Positions 31,497 through 32,000 of a stretch of 32,000 nt of DNA are shown one piece after another (within the stretch, counting starts at the first letter, position 1; the number at the start of each line of letters is the position of its first letter). The notes under the pieces are model-generated. The model was given only the letters and a program-made list of their open reading frames with translations, ran no database searches and was not told where the DNA came from. Position numbers and translations under genes: made by a program. Source of the stretch: Fibrobacter succinogenes subsp. succinogenes S85. Lineage in GTDB: Bacteria > Fibrobacterota > Fibrobacteria > Fibrobacterales > Fibrobacteraceae. The stretch is from positions 960,001-992,000 of the forward strand of contig NC_017448.1 in the NCBI RefSeq assembly GCF_000146505.1, written 5' to 3'.

Positions 31497-32000
31497 ATGT
31501 TAAACTTTAACGAATTCAAAAAAGACGAATCCAGTTCCATTCAGGAGATGTTCAATTCGGTCGTCTTCAACCTGATTACGGACATTCCGGACTCGCTCCT
31601 CTGCCCCAACAGGGATCCCGATGCGCGTGCCGAAATTCTAATCAAGCAGGCCGCCCTCAAGGCCGCAGCGGTAAGTACGTCTTTATCCATCCCGGCAGGC
31701 TTTACTGGCGTCTTGACCTCCATCCCGGATATAGCCGCGGTTTGGCGCATCCAGGCACAGCTTGTCTCCGATATAGCCTGCACCTACGGCAAGTTCGCCA
31801 TGCTCAGTCGTGAAGCCATGGTCTGGTGCCTTTTCCGCCACAGTGCAGCATCGCTCCTACGCGATGTCGCTGTCCGTACTGGAAGCCGCATTGTCGTCCA
31901 GAAGCTCTCCCTGGCAGCACTCCAGAAATTGCTCCAGAGAATCGGTGTCAAGATTTCGACGAACTTCCTCGGGCGCATCGCCCTCCGTGCCATCCCGGCA
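31497..32000 (+). CDS. EcsC-family-like protein (3' end outside the window)
   Basis: It is not in the ORF track because it has no stop before the window edge. The ATG at 31497 is preceded by a strong SD, AAGGAGG (31485-31491). My hand translation is MLNFNEFKKDESSSIQEMF...AAVSTSLSIPAGFTGVLTSIPDIAAVWRIQAQLVSDIACTYGKFAML..., which resembles the EcsC (PF12787) core. Confidence 0.55.
   Translation, partial: MLNFNEFKKDESSSIQEMFNSVVFNLITDIPDSLLCPNRDPDARAEILIKQAALKAAAVSTSLSIPAGFTGVLTSIPDIAAVWRIQAQLVSDIACTYGKFAMLSREAMVWCLFRHSAASLLRDVAVRTGSRIVVQKLSLAALQKLLQRIGVKISTNFLGRIALRAIPA

Overview
The window is a chromosomal segment most consistent with Fibrobacter (F. succinogenes-like). The evidence is a secreted protein with the Fibrobacter major paralogous (TIGR02145-type) C-terminal domain, a GH8 enzyme with a C-terminal sorting-type tail, and many signal-peptide or lipoprotein genes. 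Most of it is housekeeping: cysteine desulfurase plus a TtcA-like PP-loop enzyme, miaB, panD, a flotillin, rsfS-argS, purU, pyrE, a DEAD-box helicase, map, tRNA-Pro(GGG) and tRNA-Leu(CAA). I saw no rRNA, CRISPR array, transposase, integrase or phage genes. The best candidate for something undescribed is a low-GC stretch of about 5 kb (6289-11372) between the ttcA-like gene and miaB. It holds five tightly packed minus-strand genes: a coiled-coil protein with a nuclease-fold-like C-terminus, a DUF2238 membrane protein, a zinc-ribbon protein built from a duplicated 2TM+PH-like module, a lipoprotein Cys-phosphatase, and a TonB-C/AgmX-like lipoprotein split by a G8 tract. Upstream of the cluster lies an AT-rich region with three 38-bp repeats of the form ATGCTAC-N24-GTAGCAY. 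Other signals are Bacteroidetes-type -7 boxes (TAnnTTTG), three of them exactly 5 nt from an ATG (leaderless geometry), and recurrent heptamer repeats (GACGARA) at gene boundaries. There is also a DnaB-C-like pseudo-ATPase translationally coupled to a GT4 glycosyltransferase, and two tandem pairs of paralogous unknown genes. All functional calls rest on motifs read by eye; no database search was possible.
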